Position numbers and translations under genes: made by a program. A DNA stretch of 64,000 nucleotides, taken from the NCBI GenBank assembly GCA_019695335.1, contig JAIBAF010000003.1, forward strand, positions 51,307-115,306, read 5' to 3'. This document shows, piece by piece, positions 21,233 to 31,286 of the stretch. The notes below the pieces were generated by a model that was not told the origin of the DNA, searched no databases, and saw nothing but the letters and a program-made list of their open reading frames with translations. Within the stretch, counting starts at the first letter, position 1, and each line of letters starts with the position of its first letter. This stretch comes from a bacterium (GTDB taxonomy: Bacteria; CLD3; SB21).

Positions 21233-22777
21233 ATGCCGTTATCCAGCCAAATTTTTGTTCCGCTTTTCCGTGCATTAATTTCCCTTGAAAGTCAGAACTC
21301 TTTTTTAAAACTATTTGCTACTTCGTTATTTGAAAATATACCAGCCGAAGAACTGAGCGTGATAACATCAAGTTCTCATTCATCTTTTCACAGAACTTGG
21401 TGCGCCTGCTCTGGTCCATCCGGAATTATTGAGAACTATGATCGTGTAATCATAGAACAGAACAATAATTTTTATAAAACAGTCCTTTTGAAAGCAGAAA
21501 CTTTTCAAAAAAAACTTGAAGATAACGCGTTTCCGTGGTCGGTTTTTTCACGAAACGATCATTCTACTTTTGTATGTTTTCCTGTCACATCGCATGATTC
21601 AATAATCGGATCTCTCAATGTTGGCAGAACCAAACCTAATTTTAGCGATTCAGAACTTTATTTGATTCAGGCTTATACCGATTTGTTATCTCTGGCTTTA
21701 CTCATTCATAAATTTAAAGACGATTATCAAGCCCTCAATGATAAGCTGCAAGCTATTGAAAAAGAAACAAAAGAAAGCAAGGAGCGGTTCACTCAAACCG
21801 GTAACAACTTGGATGCGTGTAAATCAATGTTGCACCATTTCCACGAGATGTTAAACGTACTGAATCATAATTCTTCACACATTTCCAAATCTATTCTTCA
21901 ATCCTTACTGGTTATTTCTGATTCGATGAGTATTTCATTAAGTTCTTTGACTGCAGGGTCAGAGTTTCACGAAAAAAATGGAATGGCTGACTGTAAGAAA
22001 TTGATCAAGGAACTCAGCGATAATTTGAATGTGGATATTAAATCCGAGAATTTTTTTTCATTTCTTTTACCGGTCAATTATGACGTATTGCTTCAGTCGT
22101 TGACAACTATATTAAACCAATTAAAGAAAAGCGGATCAATCAGACTTAGTGTATTCGTTCAAAATAATCAGTCACATTTTTGTATGACTACAGGAACAAG
22201 CGCTCCGGATTATTTACTCCAGCAAGATTGTCATTCAATAGCTTCTGACATTGATGATCCGCTCATTCTGACAGAAATTATAAAATTACGTTTAATAAGC
22301 GCCAAAATAAAATCGAATAAAAAAGGAGACATCCTTGATTTGGACGTCGCCTTTGACATAGTACCTCATCCGGAACAAGTAGCTATGACGGAACAAACAG
22401 TTGCTGGTGATAATCAAATTTTAATTGTCGACGATGATGATGCATTACGTGAATTGCTTGCCGATATTCTGGAATCCAGAGGATATCATGTTATTGCATC
22501 GGCGGATGGTTTTAAAGCTCTTGAATTGATACAGCAGGAAAAGATTTCGTTGGTGATTTCTGATTTTGAAATGCCCAAAATTAACGGCGTTGAACTTGCC
22601 AAACAGATTAAAGCTCTTAAACCTAATCTTCCAATTGCTATTATTACAGGATGGGGAAATGATTTGAAAGAAAATTCGTCTTATTTTGATCAAATCCTTG
22701 CAAAACCATTTAATCTTACCGAAGTGCTAAAAATGGTTGAGAATTGTTTATCGATTAATCCAACGGACCGCCCATGA
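21233..22777 (+). CDS. Atypical hybrid signalling protein: GAF-like N-terminus, coiled coil, degenerate histidine-kinase-like core, C-terminal receiver (REC) domain
   Basis: C-terminal REC 'ILIVDDDDALRELLADILESRGYHVIASADGFKALELIQQEKISLVISDFEMPKINGVELAKQIK'. A middle region has a His-containing helix 'LHHFHEML' and an N-box-like 'LLQSLTTILNQLKKSG'. Its 3' end overlaps the next gene by 4 nt. Confidence 0.55.
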   Translation: MPLSSQIFVPLFRALISLESQNSFLKLFATSLFENIPAEELSVITSSSHSSFHRTWCACSGPSGIIENYDRVIIEQNNNFYKTVLLKAETFQKKLEDNAFPWSVFSRNDHSTFVCFPVTSHDSIIGSLNVGRTKPNFSDSELYLIQAYTDLLSLALLIHKFKDDYQALNDKLQAIEKETKESKERFTQTGNNLDACKSMLHHFHEMLNVLNHNSSHISKSILQSLLVISDSMSISLSSLTAGSEFHEKNGMADCKKLIKELSDNLNVDIKSENFFSFLLPVNYDVLLQSLTTILNQLKKSGSIRLSVFVQNNQSHFCMTTGTSAPDYLLQQDCHSIASDIDDPLILTEIIKLRLISAKIKSNKKGDILDLDVAFDIVPHPEQVAMTEQTVAGDNQILIVDDDDALRELLADILESRGYHVIASADGFKALELIQQEKISLVISDFEMPKINGVELAKQIKALKPNLPIAIITGWGNDLKENSSYFDQILAKPFNLTEVLKMVENCLSINPTDRP

Positions 22778-23910
22778 TACTATCGCGTTCTATTTTAATA
22801 GTCGACGACGAAGAAAAAGTCATCGATGTCTTAAAAAAAACTTTCGAAGATGATTATACTGTTTACACTTCACGCGGTGGAATAGAGGGGCTCAGTCAAC
22901 TTAGAGAACATTCTGTCCAGGTGATTATTACAGATGAACGTATGCCTAAAATGAGCGGGATGCAGTTCTTAAAAGAGGCTCAAACAATCAACCCTCGTAC
23001 TGTAAATATCATATTAACCGCTTATACGGATATTACCGTCGCTATCGATGCGATCAATAGCGGCAATGTGTACAGGTACATAATAAAACCTTGGGATACC
23101 GAGGAATTACGTTTAACTGTTCGTCAGGCTTTTGAATTATATTATCTTCAGACTGAAAATAAATCGTTGACGGACGAACTGCTTCAAAAAAATAAAATGC
23201 TGGAAAGTAAAATTATCGAACTCAAAACTGCTCAAGAAAAGTTATTACGCACTGAAAAATTCATGACTATAGGGCAACTCACAGCCAGCATTGGGCACGA
23301 GTTAAAAAATCCTCTATCACGGATCAAGTCATCGGCGGCCGTTCTTCAATCGGAAATTAATGAAGCATCGGATGAAGTAAGGGAATTATTGCGAATTATT
23401 GATAACGAAGTAATGATTTCGACAAAAATCATTAACGATTTATTGGATTTTTCCCGTGAACGTCAAGCTATTCTAAACAAAACGAATTTGGATAAAGTTA
23501 TTGATCAAACTTTGCAACGCTTAAAAATCCCGTCATACATCACTATTGAAAAAAATACCGGTAGTGACATACCTGATTTATTTTTGGATGAGGGTCAAAT
23601 CCAACAAATCTTAGTGAACGTTCTTCTTAATGCAATTCAAGCAATGGACGAAAATGGGGGAAAGCTATATATTCGGACATCTGTCAATGCTGATAAAGTA
23701 CAATTGTCCATTAAAGATACCGGGTGCGGAATGAATGCCGAGCAGATTAAAAAAATATTTGAACCGCTTTATACGACTAAGCCCAAAGGCATTGGATTGG
23801 GAATGTCGGTTGTCAAAATGCTGCTGGATAAACATAATGCAGAAATCAAGGTCGAAAGTAGAGAAAATATCGGTACGACCGTTACAATTTTATTTCCAAT
23901 GCAAAATTAA
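22774..23910 (+). CDS. REC-HisKA-HATPase_c hybrid histidine kinase (N-terminal receiver)
   Basis: N-terminal REC 'ILIVDDEEKVIDVLK...IITDERMPKMSGMQFL', H-box 'IGHELKNPLSRI', and ATP-binding 'DTGCGMNAEQIKKIFEPLYTTKPKGIGLGMSVV'. Confidence 0.85.
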   Translation: MILSRSILIVDDEEKVIDVLKKTFEDDYTVYTSRGGIEGLSQLREHSVQVIITDERMPKMSGMQFLKEAQTINPRTVNIILTAYTDITVAIDAINSGNVYRYIIKPWDTEELRLTVRQAFELYYLQTENKSLTDELLQKNKMLESKIIELKTAQEKLLRTEKFMTIGQLTASIGHELKNPLSRIKSSAAVLQSEINEASDEVRELLRIIDNEVMISTKIINDLLDFSRERQAILNKTNLDKVIDQTLQRLKIPSYITIEKNTGSDIPDLFLDEGQIQQILVNVLLNAIQAMDENGGKLYIRTSVNADKVQLSIKDTGCGMNAEQIKKIFEPLYTTKPKGIGLGMSVVKMLLDKHNAEIKVESRENIGTTVTILFPMQN

Positions 23911-23924
23911 CGATCGGAGACTTC

Positions 23925-25136
23925 ATGTTCAAACCTGTTACTGAACAGCTTGCTATCATCAAGCGTGGAGCTGTGGATATCATACCGGAAGAGGATCTCG
24001 TTAAGAAGCTTGAAAGGTCATACAGTCAAAATAAACCTCTCAAAATTAAATTAGGATGTGATCCTTCTAAGCCTGATTTACATATTGGCCACGCGGTTGT
24101 ATTGCGAAAATTGGCTCAATTTCAGGAACTCGGACATACGGCTATTTTGGTAATTGGAGATTTTACGGGCATGATTGGAGATCCAAGCGGCAAAAATAAA
24201 ACACGTCCACCCCTTACCATTGAAGAAACCCGGGAAAACGGTAAATCATATTTCGAGCAAGCTTCCAAGATTTTGCATAAAGAGAAGACGCAAATCGTAT
24301 ATAACTCCGATTGGCTTGGGAAAATGTCATTTGCCGATGTGGTTAAACTGACAAGCAAATATACTGTTGCAAGAATTCTTGAACGCGATGATTTCGAAAA
24401 AAGATATCATAATAATGAACCGATCAGTTTGCACGAATTTCTTTATCCAATGGCCCAGGCGATGGATTCCGTTGCTTTGGAAGCAGATGTTGAATTAGGC
24501 GGTACTGATCAACGATTTAATTTGTTGGTTGGAAGAGATATTCAGAGGGAATTTAATCAAGAGCCTCAGGTGATATTAACTATGCCTGTTTTAGAAGGTA
24601 CGGATGGCGTTCAGAAGATGAGCAAGTCTTTGAATAATTATATCGGATTTACCGATCCTGCTAAAGAAATGTTTGGGAAAGTGATGTCCATCCCGGATAC
24701 TATGATCTATAAATATTTTGAATTAGCCACTACTGTTTCACTCAACGAGCTGGATACAATTAAAACTGAATTGTCGGATGTTAAAACTAATCCTTCATTG
24801 TTAAAACGGCGATTGGCGCGCGAAATTATCACAATTTATTATTCACAAAAAGCGGCTGAAGATGCCGAGGCAGAATTTGACCTGATATTTAAGAATAAAA
24901 GTATCCCCGATGAAATACCGCTTTTCAAGGTACAATCTGACGACTTTTCGTTGGTTAAACTGCTCACTGAATCTAAATTGGTCGACTCAGGTAATGAAGC
25001 GCGACGCCAAATTCAACAAGGCGCCGTTAGTATCAACAATGAAAAAGTCAAAGATGAAAAATTAATTGTTCGTTTGGATGGAGCCGTAGTCATTAAGGTA
25101 GGGAAGCGAAAGTTTCTAAAAGTGGTGAAAGCCTGA
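23925..25136 (+). CDS. tyrS: Tyrosine--tRNA ligase
   Basis: HIGH motif 'PDLHIGHAV', KMSKS motif 'KMSKSLNNYI', and a C-terminal S4-like domain. Confidence 0.92.
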   Translation: MFKPVTEQLAIIKRGAVDIIPEEDLVKKLERSYSQNKPLKIKLGCDPSKPDLHIGHAVVLRKLAQFQELGHTAILVIGDFTGMIGDPSGKNKTRPPLTIEETRENGKSYFEQASKILHKEKTQIVYNSDWLGKMSFADVVKLTSKYTVARILERDDFEKRYHNNEPISLHEFLYPMAQAMDSVALEADVELGGTDQRFNLLVGRDIQREFNQEPQVILTMPVLEGTDGVQKMSKSLNNYIGFTDPAKEMFGKVMSIPDTMIYKYFELATTVSLNELDTIKTELSDVKTNPSLLKRRLAREIITIYYSQKAAEDAEAEFDLIFKNKSIPDEIPLFKVQSDDFSLVKLLTESKLVDSGNEARRQIQQGAVSINNEKVKDEKLIVRLDGAVVIKVGKRKFLKVVKA

Positions 25137-25139
25137 CAA

Positions 25140-25886
25140 TCACTCGATAGCCGGAATATCAGTGATATCTTCGCCGTCGTCGTGGTGTTTAAACAAATCG
25201 ATCAAAGCCCTCAACAATCCGGTCAATATAAATACCATCATTGCGGGAAAAATTAATTTAGCAGGAAAAAGAATCAAAAATGGCGTTGCTACGATCATGA
25301 TCAAAAGTTTAATGGTATCTTGATGTTTTCTGAATGAAAAATTAGGCATTGCATCATAGCGAATTTTACTGACCATCAGCGCAGAAACTAATACGGTAAT
25401 CCCCACCAGCACTTCTTTGTGATTAATTCCTCCAAACAATGAAAATTCAAACATGACAAAAGCGGCCAAGGATATGGCTGACGATGGAATCGGGAGCCCT
25501 TTAAAAAAACTGTCTTTTTCATGAATATCGGCCAGCTGTGAGTTGAAGCGCGCCAATCGAATTCCGCCAAATACAAGCGGGAGAAAGCTAATGAGAATAC
25601 CTGCAGCGCCCCAAGGCTCAAAATACGCTTTGTAAATCAAAATAGCCGGTGCAAAACCAAACGACGAAACATCTGCCAGCGAATCGAGTTCGACTCCGAA
25701 TTCTGAACTTGATTTGACTAACCGGGCGACTTTTCCATCCAAAACATCCATCACGGAGGCTATAACAATCAGCCATGCTGCCATTACGTAGTCTTCATGA
25801 ATGGAATGAATAACCGATAAAAATCCTGCAAGCAAATTGAGAGAAGTGACGAGAGATGGCAAATGCCGTTTGGGGGAACGTTTCAA
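25140..25886 (-). CDS. pssA: CDP-diacylglycerol--serine O-phosphatidyltransferase (CDP-alcohol phosphatidyltransferase family)
   Basis: 'DVLDGKVARL...GVELDSLAD' matches the D-x2-DG-x2-AR...G-x3-D-x3-D signature. It lies directly upstream of psd. Confidence 0.85.
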   Translation of the reverse strand: MKRSPKRHLPSLVTSLNLLAGFLSVIHSIHEDYVMAAWLIVIASVMDVLDGKVARLVKSSSEFGVELDSLADVSSFGFAPAILIYKAYFEPWGAAGILISFLPLVFGGIRLARFNSQLADIHEKDSFFKGLPIPSSAISLAAFVMFEFSLFGGINHKEVLVGITVLVSALMVSKIRYDAMPNFSFRKHQDTIKLLIMIVATPFLILFPAKLIFPAMMVFILTGLLRALIDLFKHHDDGEDITDIPAIE

Positions 25887-25889
25887 GCG

Positions 25890-26615
25890 TCAAACCTCGG
25901 CTTTTTCTTTGACAGATTTCGCAAGAGAATTTGTATTAAAACCGCCATCGCCGTTGGATGCGTTGGTATGGATAATTCCAATAACCGATGTACCACCGAT
26001 AACCCGATCGCCAACTTTTAACTTTATTTCAACATTTTTCGGCACTATAACGTCGACACGTGATCCAAATTTGATAATTCCAAAACGGTCTCCTTTAACG
26101 ACGCGTTCATTTTCACGTGGAATACATACGATACGTCGTGCCAGCAAGCCCGCAATTTGTTTGAATAGGATTTTACACTGTGGGGATTGTATTCCAATGA
26201 TCGTTTGTTCATTAAGACGAGACGCGGTTTCCTTAAAAGCTGCCAGAAATTGGCCCTTCATGTATTCAAAATATTTTACGGTACCGGAGACTGGAATTCG
26301 ATTGACATGTACGTTAAAAACCGATAAAAAAATACTGATTTGGATGGCTTCATCTTTTAAAAACTTATTTTCCCGAACGGGTTGAATCAATACGACACGG
26401 CCGTCAGCAGGGGAAACAATTACGTTTTCGTCTTCAGGAATTGTTCTATCCGGATCTCTGAAAAAATATATTATCAATGCTTCAATGGCCAAAAGAGGTA
26501 TCATCACACTGTAAGTCAGTGTAGGTTTTTGAAGGAAGAATAGTAAAATAAAAGTTACTATCACAACTGAACTTACGATGGCAATGGTCGCATACCCTTC
26601 TTTAGAAACTCTCAA
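25890..26615 (-). CDS. psd: Phosphatidylserine decarboxylase proenzyme (short form)
   Basis: 241 aa with an N-terminal TM and the autocleavage motif 'FGSRVDV' (G-S). Confidence 0.85.
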   Translation of the reverse strand: MRVSKEGYATIAIVSSVVIVTFILLFFLQKPTLTYSVMIPLLAIEALIIYFFRDPDRTIPEDENVIVSPADGRVVLIQPVRENKFLKDEAIQISIFLSVFNVHVNRIPVSGTVKYFEYMKGQFLAAFKETASRLNEQTIIGIQSPQCKILFKQIAGLLARRIVCIPRENERVVKGDRFGIIKFGSRVDVIVPKNVEIKLKVGDRVIGGTSVIGIIHTNASNGDGGFNTNSLAKSVKEKAEV

Positions 26616-26645
26616 AATTTTCTCCTCACATTGATGAAAAAAATA

Positions 26646-27401
26646 TTAAGTGCGATTTTTTTCTTCTTTATTCTTTGGATGTATTAATTTTTGTTTAATT
26701 TCCGCATAGAGCTTACCAACTTCAGTTTCTTTACCATGTGCGATTTCTTTTTCAATTTTTCTATCAGAAGTGACTTCCCATAAACGAACGGTGTCCAGAC
26801 TGATCTCATCCGCAAGATAAATATTATTTCGTGAACGTCCAAATTCTAATTTGAAATCAACTAGTTTAAAATTCCTTCTTTCAAAGAAGTTTCTCAAAAC
26901 GGCATTGACTTTGGCTGCAAGCCGCTGAATTGTCCGGACTTCATCTTGATTGGAATAGCCAAAGGCGTACAAGTGATATTCATTGATCATCGGGTTGCCA
27001 AGTTTGTCATTCTTAAAATAAAATTCTATGACAGGTGCGGGTAAGACCTGGCCTTCATCGAGTTTATAATTTTTCGCAAAACTTCCGGCTGCAATATTGC
27101 GGATAACCACGTTGATAGGAATGATATCGACTCTTTTTACCACGCAGCTTTTTTCATCAAGTCGGCCTACGTAGTGATTAGGAATATGATAGCTGTCCAA
27201 AAACTGAAAAACATGCGAGGATACTTCATTATTGATTTGCGATTTTCCGCGCACTTTAATGATTTTTTTTCCATCCGGTACAACCAAGTCATTCTTATAT
27301 TCCATGAACAGATAATCTGGATTATTCGTTTGGTAAAGCTTTTTAGTTTTACCATCAAGGAATAATGACTCTTTTTCGAGTTTTTTAATATTGACTTCCA
27401 A
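26646..27401 (-). CDS. purC: SAICAR synthase, short E. coli-type form (second purC paralog in the window)
   Basis: Full-length colinear similarity to E. coli PurC: 'GKTKKLY', 'VVIRNIAAGSFAK', 'NDKLGNPMINE', 'LVDFKLEFG'. It is adjacent to purB. Confidence 0.88.
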   Translation of the reverse strand: MEVNIKKLEKESLFLDGKTKKLYQTNNPDYLFMEYKNDLVVPDGKKIIKVRGKSQINNEVSSHVFQFLDSYHIPNHYVGRLDEKSCVVKRVDIIPINVVIRNIAAGSFAKNYKLDEGQVLPAPVIEFYFKNDKLGNPMINEYHLYAFGYSNQDEVRTIQRLAAKVNAVLRNFFERRNFKLVDFKLEFGRSRNNIYLADEISLDTVRLWEVTSDRKIEKEIAHGKETEVGKLYAEIKQKLIHPKNKEEKNRT

Positions 27402-27436
27402 GGTTGCCTCCTGCCAATCCGGTTTCAGTTGGAAAA

Positions 27437-28732
27437 TTAGTTAAGACCTACGCGTTTAAATAAATAATCAACGTGAACTATACTCTGCTGAAGATCAAAA
27501 CAGCGATCGATTTCTGCGAGGGATAAAACGTTTTTAACTTTTTCATGATTGACGATCAATGTTCTGAAGTCATCGTTTTCATTCTCCCATACACGCATGG
27601 CACAGGATTGAACGGTCTTGTAGGCATCTTCACGGAGCATACCTTTACGGGTCAGTGCAAGGAGTACCGGTTGACTAAAGATAAGTCCTCGGGTTCGATG
27701 GATGTTCTTCAACATATTTTCAGGATAAACGATCAGTGAATCCATAATATCAATAAATTGACCCAGCATATAATCGAGTAGAGTAGTACTGTCGGCAATG
27801 ATTACCCGTTCAACGGAAGAATGCGTAATATCTCGTTCGTGCCATAATGCTACATTCTCAATAGCGGCCAAAGCGTTCGCTCGAATAATTCTGGCAAGCC
27901 CGGCGACGCGTTCACTGCGAATTGGATTCCTCTTATGCGGCATTGCCGACGAGCCCTTTTGCCCTTTTGAAAAATATTCTTCAGCTTCCAGAATTTCCGT
28001 TCGTTGTAAATTCCGGATTTCCGTGGCAAATTTTTCAAGCGACGCCGCTAATAATGCCAGGGTCATCATAAATTCCGCATGTAGATCTCTGGGCACAACT
28101 TGTGTGGAATTAATAGGGCGTAATTTTAAAATACGTGCTGTAATTTCTTCGACTTTAGGATCTAAATGTTCAAATGTACCAACAGCACCGGATATTTTTG
28201 CTACGGATATATTGGCTACAGATCTCTGAAGGCGATCGAGGTTTCGATTGATTTCATCGTACCATAATGCCAGTTTCAAACCAAATGTAACCGGTTCGGC
28301 GTGAACGCCGTGTGTACGTCCGATGCAGGGCGTTAACTTAAATTCTTGAGCGCGTCGGGCAATTACATTGCGCAGTTTTTCAAAGCTATCTATTAACTGT
28401 TGTCCGGCTTCACGCATTAATAACGAAAGGGAAGTATCCAGCACATCATTGGAAGTCATGCCTAAATGAATGTACCGTGAGTCGTCACCGACGTGTTCGG
28501 CCACATTCGTCAAAAAAGCGATTACATCGTGCTTGACTTCGCCTTCGATTTGCAGAACACGGTCCACATCAAAAGCGGCATTACTTTTGATCGTTTGCAG
28601 AGCTTTTTGTGGTATTGCACCTAATTCCGTCTGAGCCTCGCACACAGCCAATTCAACTTCCAACCATTTCTGAAATTTATTTTCGTCAGACCATATCTTC
28701 TTAAAAATCGGTCGTGTATAACGGTCAATCAT
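27437..28732 (-). CDS. purB: Adenylosuccinate lyase
   Basis: 431 aa. 'MIDRYTRPIFKKIWSDENKFQKWLEVELAV' is a typical PurB N-terminus, and the fumarate-lyase signature 'GSSAMPHKRNP' is present. Confidence 0.93.
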   Translation of the reverse strand: MIDRYTRPIFKKIWSDENKFQKWLEVELAVCEAQTELGAIPQKALQTIKSNAAFDVDRVLQIEGEVKHDVIAFLTNVAEHVGDDSRYIHLGMTSNDVLDTSLSLLMREAGQQLIDSFEKLRNVIARRAQEFKLTPCIGRTHGVHAEPVTFGLKLALWYDEINRNLDRLQRSVANISVAKISGAVGTFEHLDPKVEEITARILKLRPINSTQVVPRDLHAEFMMTLALLAASLEKFATEIRNLQRTEILEAEEYFSKGQKGSSAMPHKRNPIRSERVAGLARIIRANALAAIENVALWHERDITHSSVERVIIADSTTLLDYMLGQFIDIMDSLIVYPENMLKNIHRTRGLIFSQPVLLALTRKGMLREDAYKTVQSCAMRVWENENDDFRTLIVNHEKVKNVLSLAEIDRCFDLQQSIVHVDYLFKRVGLN

Positions 28733-28739
28733 AAATTCA

Positions 28740-30227
28740 TTATTTCAGTTTGCTGAAATTCTCCATCGCTTTTTGCGCTTCCGCCTTCATTTGCAAATTG
28801 GTATAAGCGACTAACAATAAATTCCATGCATTTTTATGATCATTTTTCAACTCAACAGTTTTTTTCAAAAACGGCAACGATTTTTCAAAGAAAGGCTTTT
28901 GCAACTTGACCTTTTCTTTGTTTTCCAAATTATATCCTAAATCACCCTGAAGCTGTGCAATATAGGTATAGCATTTTCCAATTCGGTAATTATATTCCAA
29001 TTGGTCAACTGCAGTAGGTAAGTTTAGTTCAAGAACACGGAGAGCTTCTTCTAAATTTTTAATTACATTTTCGATTTGTGGTTTGAGTGCGTCAGTCACT
29101 TTTTTCATATCGGCTTTATCACCACCCATTTTCTCAATAGTAGAACTGCGCTCACGCGAGTATACAGTGTAGGTTTCATCCGCAACCTGGTAATTTGATT
29201 CAACATCATCCGGTTTCAGTCGTTTGATGGTCTTAAACTCATCCAGGGCTTTATCCATTTCTTTTCTGAGAATGTATAAACGGGCCAAGTTAAAATGGAG
29301 ATCGGCATTATTTGGATCGGATTTAATGGCTTCCTGATAAACTTTCAAAGCTTCATCGGGCTTATTCATAACGTCAAGAATAAATGCCTTTTGGGCAATT
29401 AGTTGTGTTTTAAGCACAATAGAGGCACTGTCAGTTACTTGAACCTGCAAAGCTTTGTCAATCCACTCTAATGATTTTTCCTGATTTTTTGCCTGATCGT
29501 ATAACATATAGATATTGTAATAAATCGACAGATTATTTTTATCAATCTCAGTTAGCTTTTCCAGATTGGCTAACGCTTTATTGCGCAATTCGTCTTTTTG
29601 TGCTTCGTCTTTTTCATTGTTCAGCAATTGAAAATAACAATTGACAATCGTTCCGTAGACACCGGCCGCATAGCTTTGTTCATTAATGAAAACTTTCGGA
29701 TCCCATGACAAAATAGTTTCAAATTTTGAAATGGCATCGTTGATCAATAATTTCATGCTGTCCGGATTCACCGCAGCCATCTTTTGAGCTTCATTGAACG
29801 CACGATTGGCTTTATTAAAAGTTTTCAGTTTCATGTCATTAAGGGCAGCTTTAATGGAAAAAAGAGGCGTTCCACCGGATAATTTTTCTTCTTTATCCCA
29901 ATATTTCTTGCCAAAACTTAAAGCGTTTTGAAATGCTTCAAATGCTTTAGAAAATTCGTTTTGGCGATAATATACATTGCCTAAATAGAAATACGTTTCC
30001 TCTTTATCTTTTTCTTTTGTATCACGAATAACATTGTTATTGAGTAAAAGATCAATTGCTTGTTGAAGTTGGGCGTCTTTTTCGGATGGTTTAGCTTCCG
30101 AGTTAATAAGTCTTTGTTTTACGCCATTGATCACAGCGGAATGGGTGAGTTTTTGAGCATAAGAAACTTGAAATCCTATCATCAATAATATGATCAACCA
30201 TCCTATTTTCGCAGGAAATAAACGCAT
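28740..30227 (-). CDS. TPR-repeat protein, secreted or membrane-anchored
   Basis: Has an N-terminal hydrophobic segment and multiple TPR-like 34-aa repeats ('YYRQNEFSKAFEAFQNAL', 'YQEAIKSDPNNADLHFNLARLY'). Confidence 0.7.
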   Translation of the reverse strand: MRLFPAKIGWLIILLMIGFQVSYAQKLTHSAVINGVKQRLINSEAKPSEKDAQLQQAIDLLLNNNVIRDTKEKDKEETYFYLGNVYYRQNEFSKAFEAFQNALSFGKKYWDKEEKLSGGTPLFSIKAALNDMKLKTFNKANRAFNEAQKMAAVNPDSMKLLINDAISKFETILSWDPKVFINEQSYAAGVYGTIVNCYFQLLNNEKDEAQKDELRNKALANLEKLTEIDKNNLSIYYNIYMLYDQAKNQEKSLEWIDKALQVQVTDSASIVLKTQLIAQKAFILDVMNKPDEALKVYQEAIKSDPNNADLHFNLARLYILRKEMDKALDEFKTIKRLKPDDVESNYQVADETYTVYSRERSSTIEKMGGDKADMKKVTDALKPQIENVIKNLEEALRVLELNLPTAVDQLEYNYRIGKCYTYIAQLQGDLGYNLENKEKVKLQKPFFEKSLPFLKKTVELKNDHKNAWNLLLVAYTNLQMKAEAQKAMENFSKLK

Positions 30228-30254
30228 ATAGAGCCTCCAAATGATATAATGATG

Positions 30255-31286
30255 TTAGTTATTGCGAACGTCTGAGAAATTGTAACGAGGGCCTTTATAA
30301 ATTTGTTTTTCAGTAATAATCGCAGAAATAAGCTCTGCGGGAGTCACATCAAAAGCTGGATTGTAAACCGTAGTTTCCAATGGAGCAACGCTCCGTCCAA
30401 AGCCATTCGTAATTTCTTCCGCAGGTCTTTCTTCGATTACGATTGTCTTTCCGCTTGTTATTTTTGTGTCAATGGTCGATGATGGAGCTGCAATATAAAA
30501 AGGAATTTTATGTTTTTCACATAAAACAGCCAATGTATAAGTACCGATTTTATTGGCCGTATCGCCATTCATCGCGATACGATCTGCTCCAACAATGACA
30601 CAATCAACTTTTTTTTGCTGCATTAGATAACCAGCCATGTTGTCACAGACTAACGTATGAGGGATGCCCTCTTTTTTTAACTCCCACGCTGTTAGACGCG
30701 CACCTTGCAAAAGCGGTCTAGTCTCATCAACATAAACATGAATATTTTTGCCTTTGTTATGAGCCGTAACCAAAACACCTAGTGCGGTGCCAAATCCACC
30801 TGTTGCCAAACCGCCAGTATTACAATGCGTGAGAACGGAAGCTGAATCACGGATAAGCTGTTCGCCATGGTTTCCTACAGCTATACACATGGATATATCA
30901 TTTTCTAAAATATTCATAGCTTCACTCGATATCAATTCAATGCATTTGGTTACAGATTCTGATGAATCCTTTACAATATTCATTATCCGTTCCACGCCCC
31001 ACTTCAAGTTAACGGCAGTTGGCCTAGAGTCAATGAGACGTTTAGAAGTGTATATCAATTGAGATTTAAAATGTGGATAACTTGCATTTTTTAAACTATT
31101 GGAGACGAGATATAGTCCAAAGGCACCCGCAATCCCAAGCGCCGGAGCACCGCGCACACGAAGTTTCTGAATAGCTTCAATTAGCTGATCAATTGTTGTT
31201 AAGTCAATATATTTTTCTTCAATCGGTAAAGAAGATTGATCTAAAATACGAATGCAATTGTCAATCCAACGAATAGTTTCGACCAT
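30255..31286 (-). CDS. mtnA: S-methyl-5-thioribose-1-phosphate isomerase (eIF-2B alpha/beta/delta family)
   Basis: 'LTHCNTGGLAT' (active-site Cys) and 'VGADRIAMNGDTANKIGTYTLAVL...IPFYIAAP'. Confidence 0.8.
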   Translation of the reverse strand: MVETIRWIDNCIRILDQSSLPIEEKYIDLTTIDQLIEAIQKLRVRGAPALGIAGAFGLYLVSNSLKNASYPHFKSQLIYTSKRLIDSRPTAVNLKWGVERIMNIVKDSSESVTKCIELISSEAMNILENDISMCIAVGNHGEQLIRDSASVLTHCNTGGLATGGFGTALGVLVTAHNKGKNIHVYVDETRPLLQGARLTAWELKKEGIPHTLVCDNMAGYLMQQKKVDCVIVGADRIAMNGDTANKIGTYTLAVLCEKHKIPFYIAAPSSTIDTKITSGKTIVIEERPAEEITNGFGRSVAPLETTVYNPAFDVTPAELISAIITEKQIYKGPRYNFSDVRNN

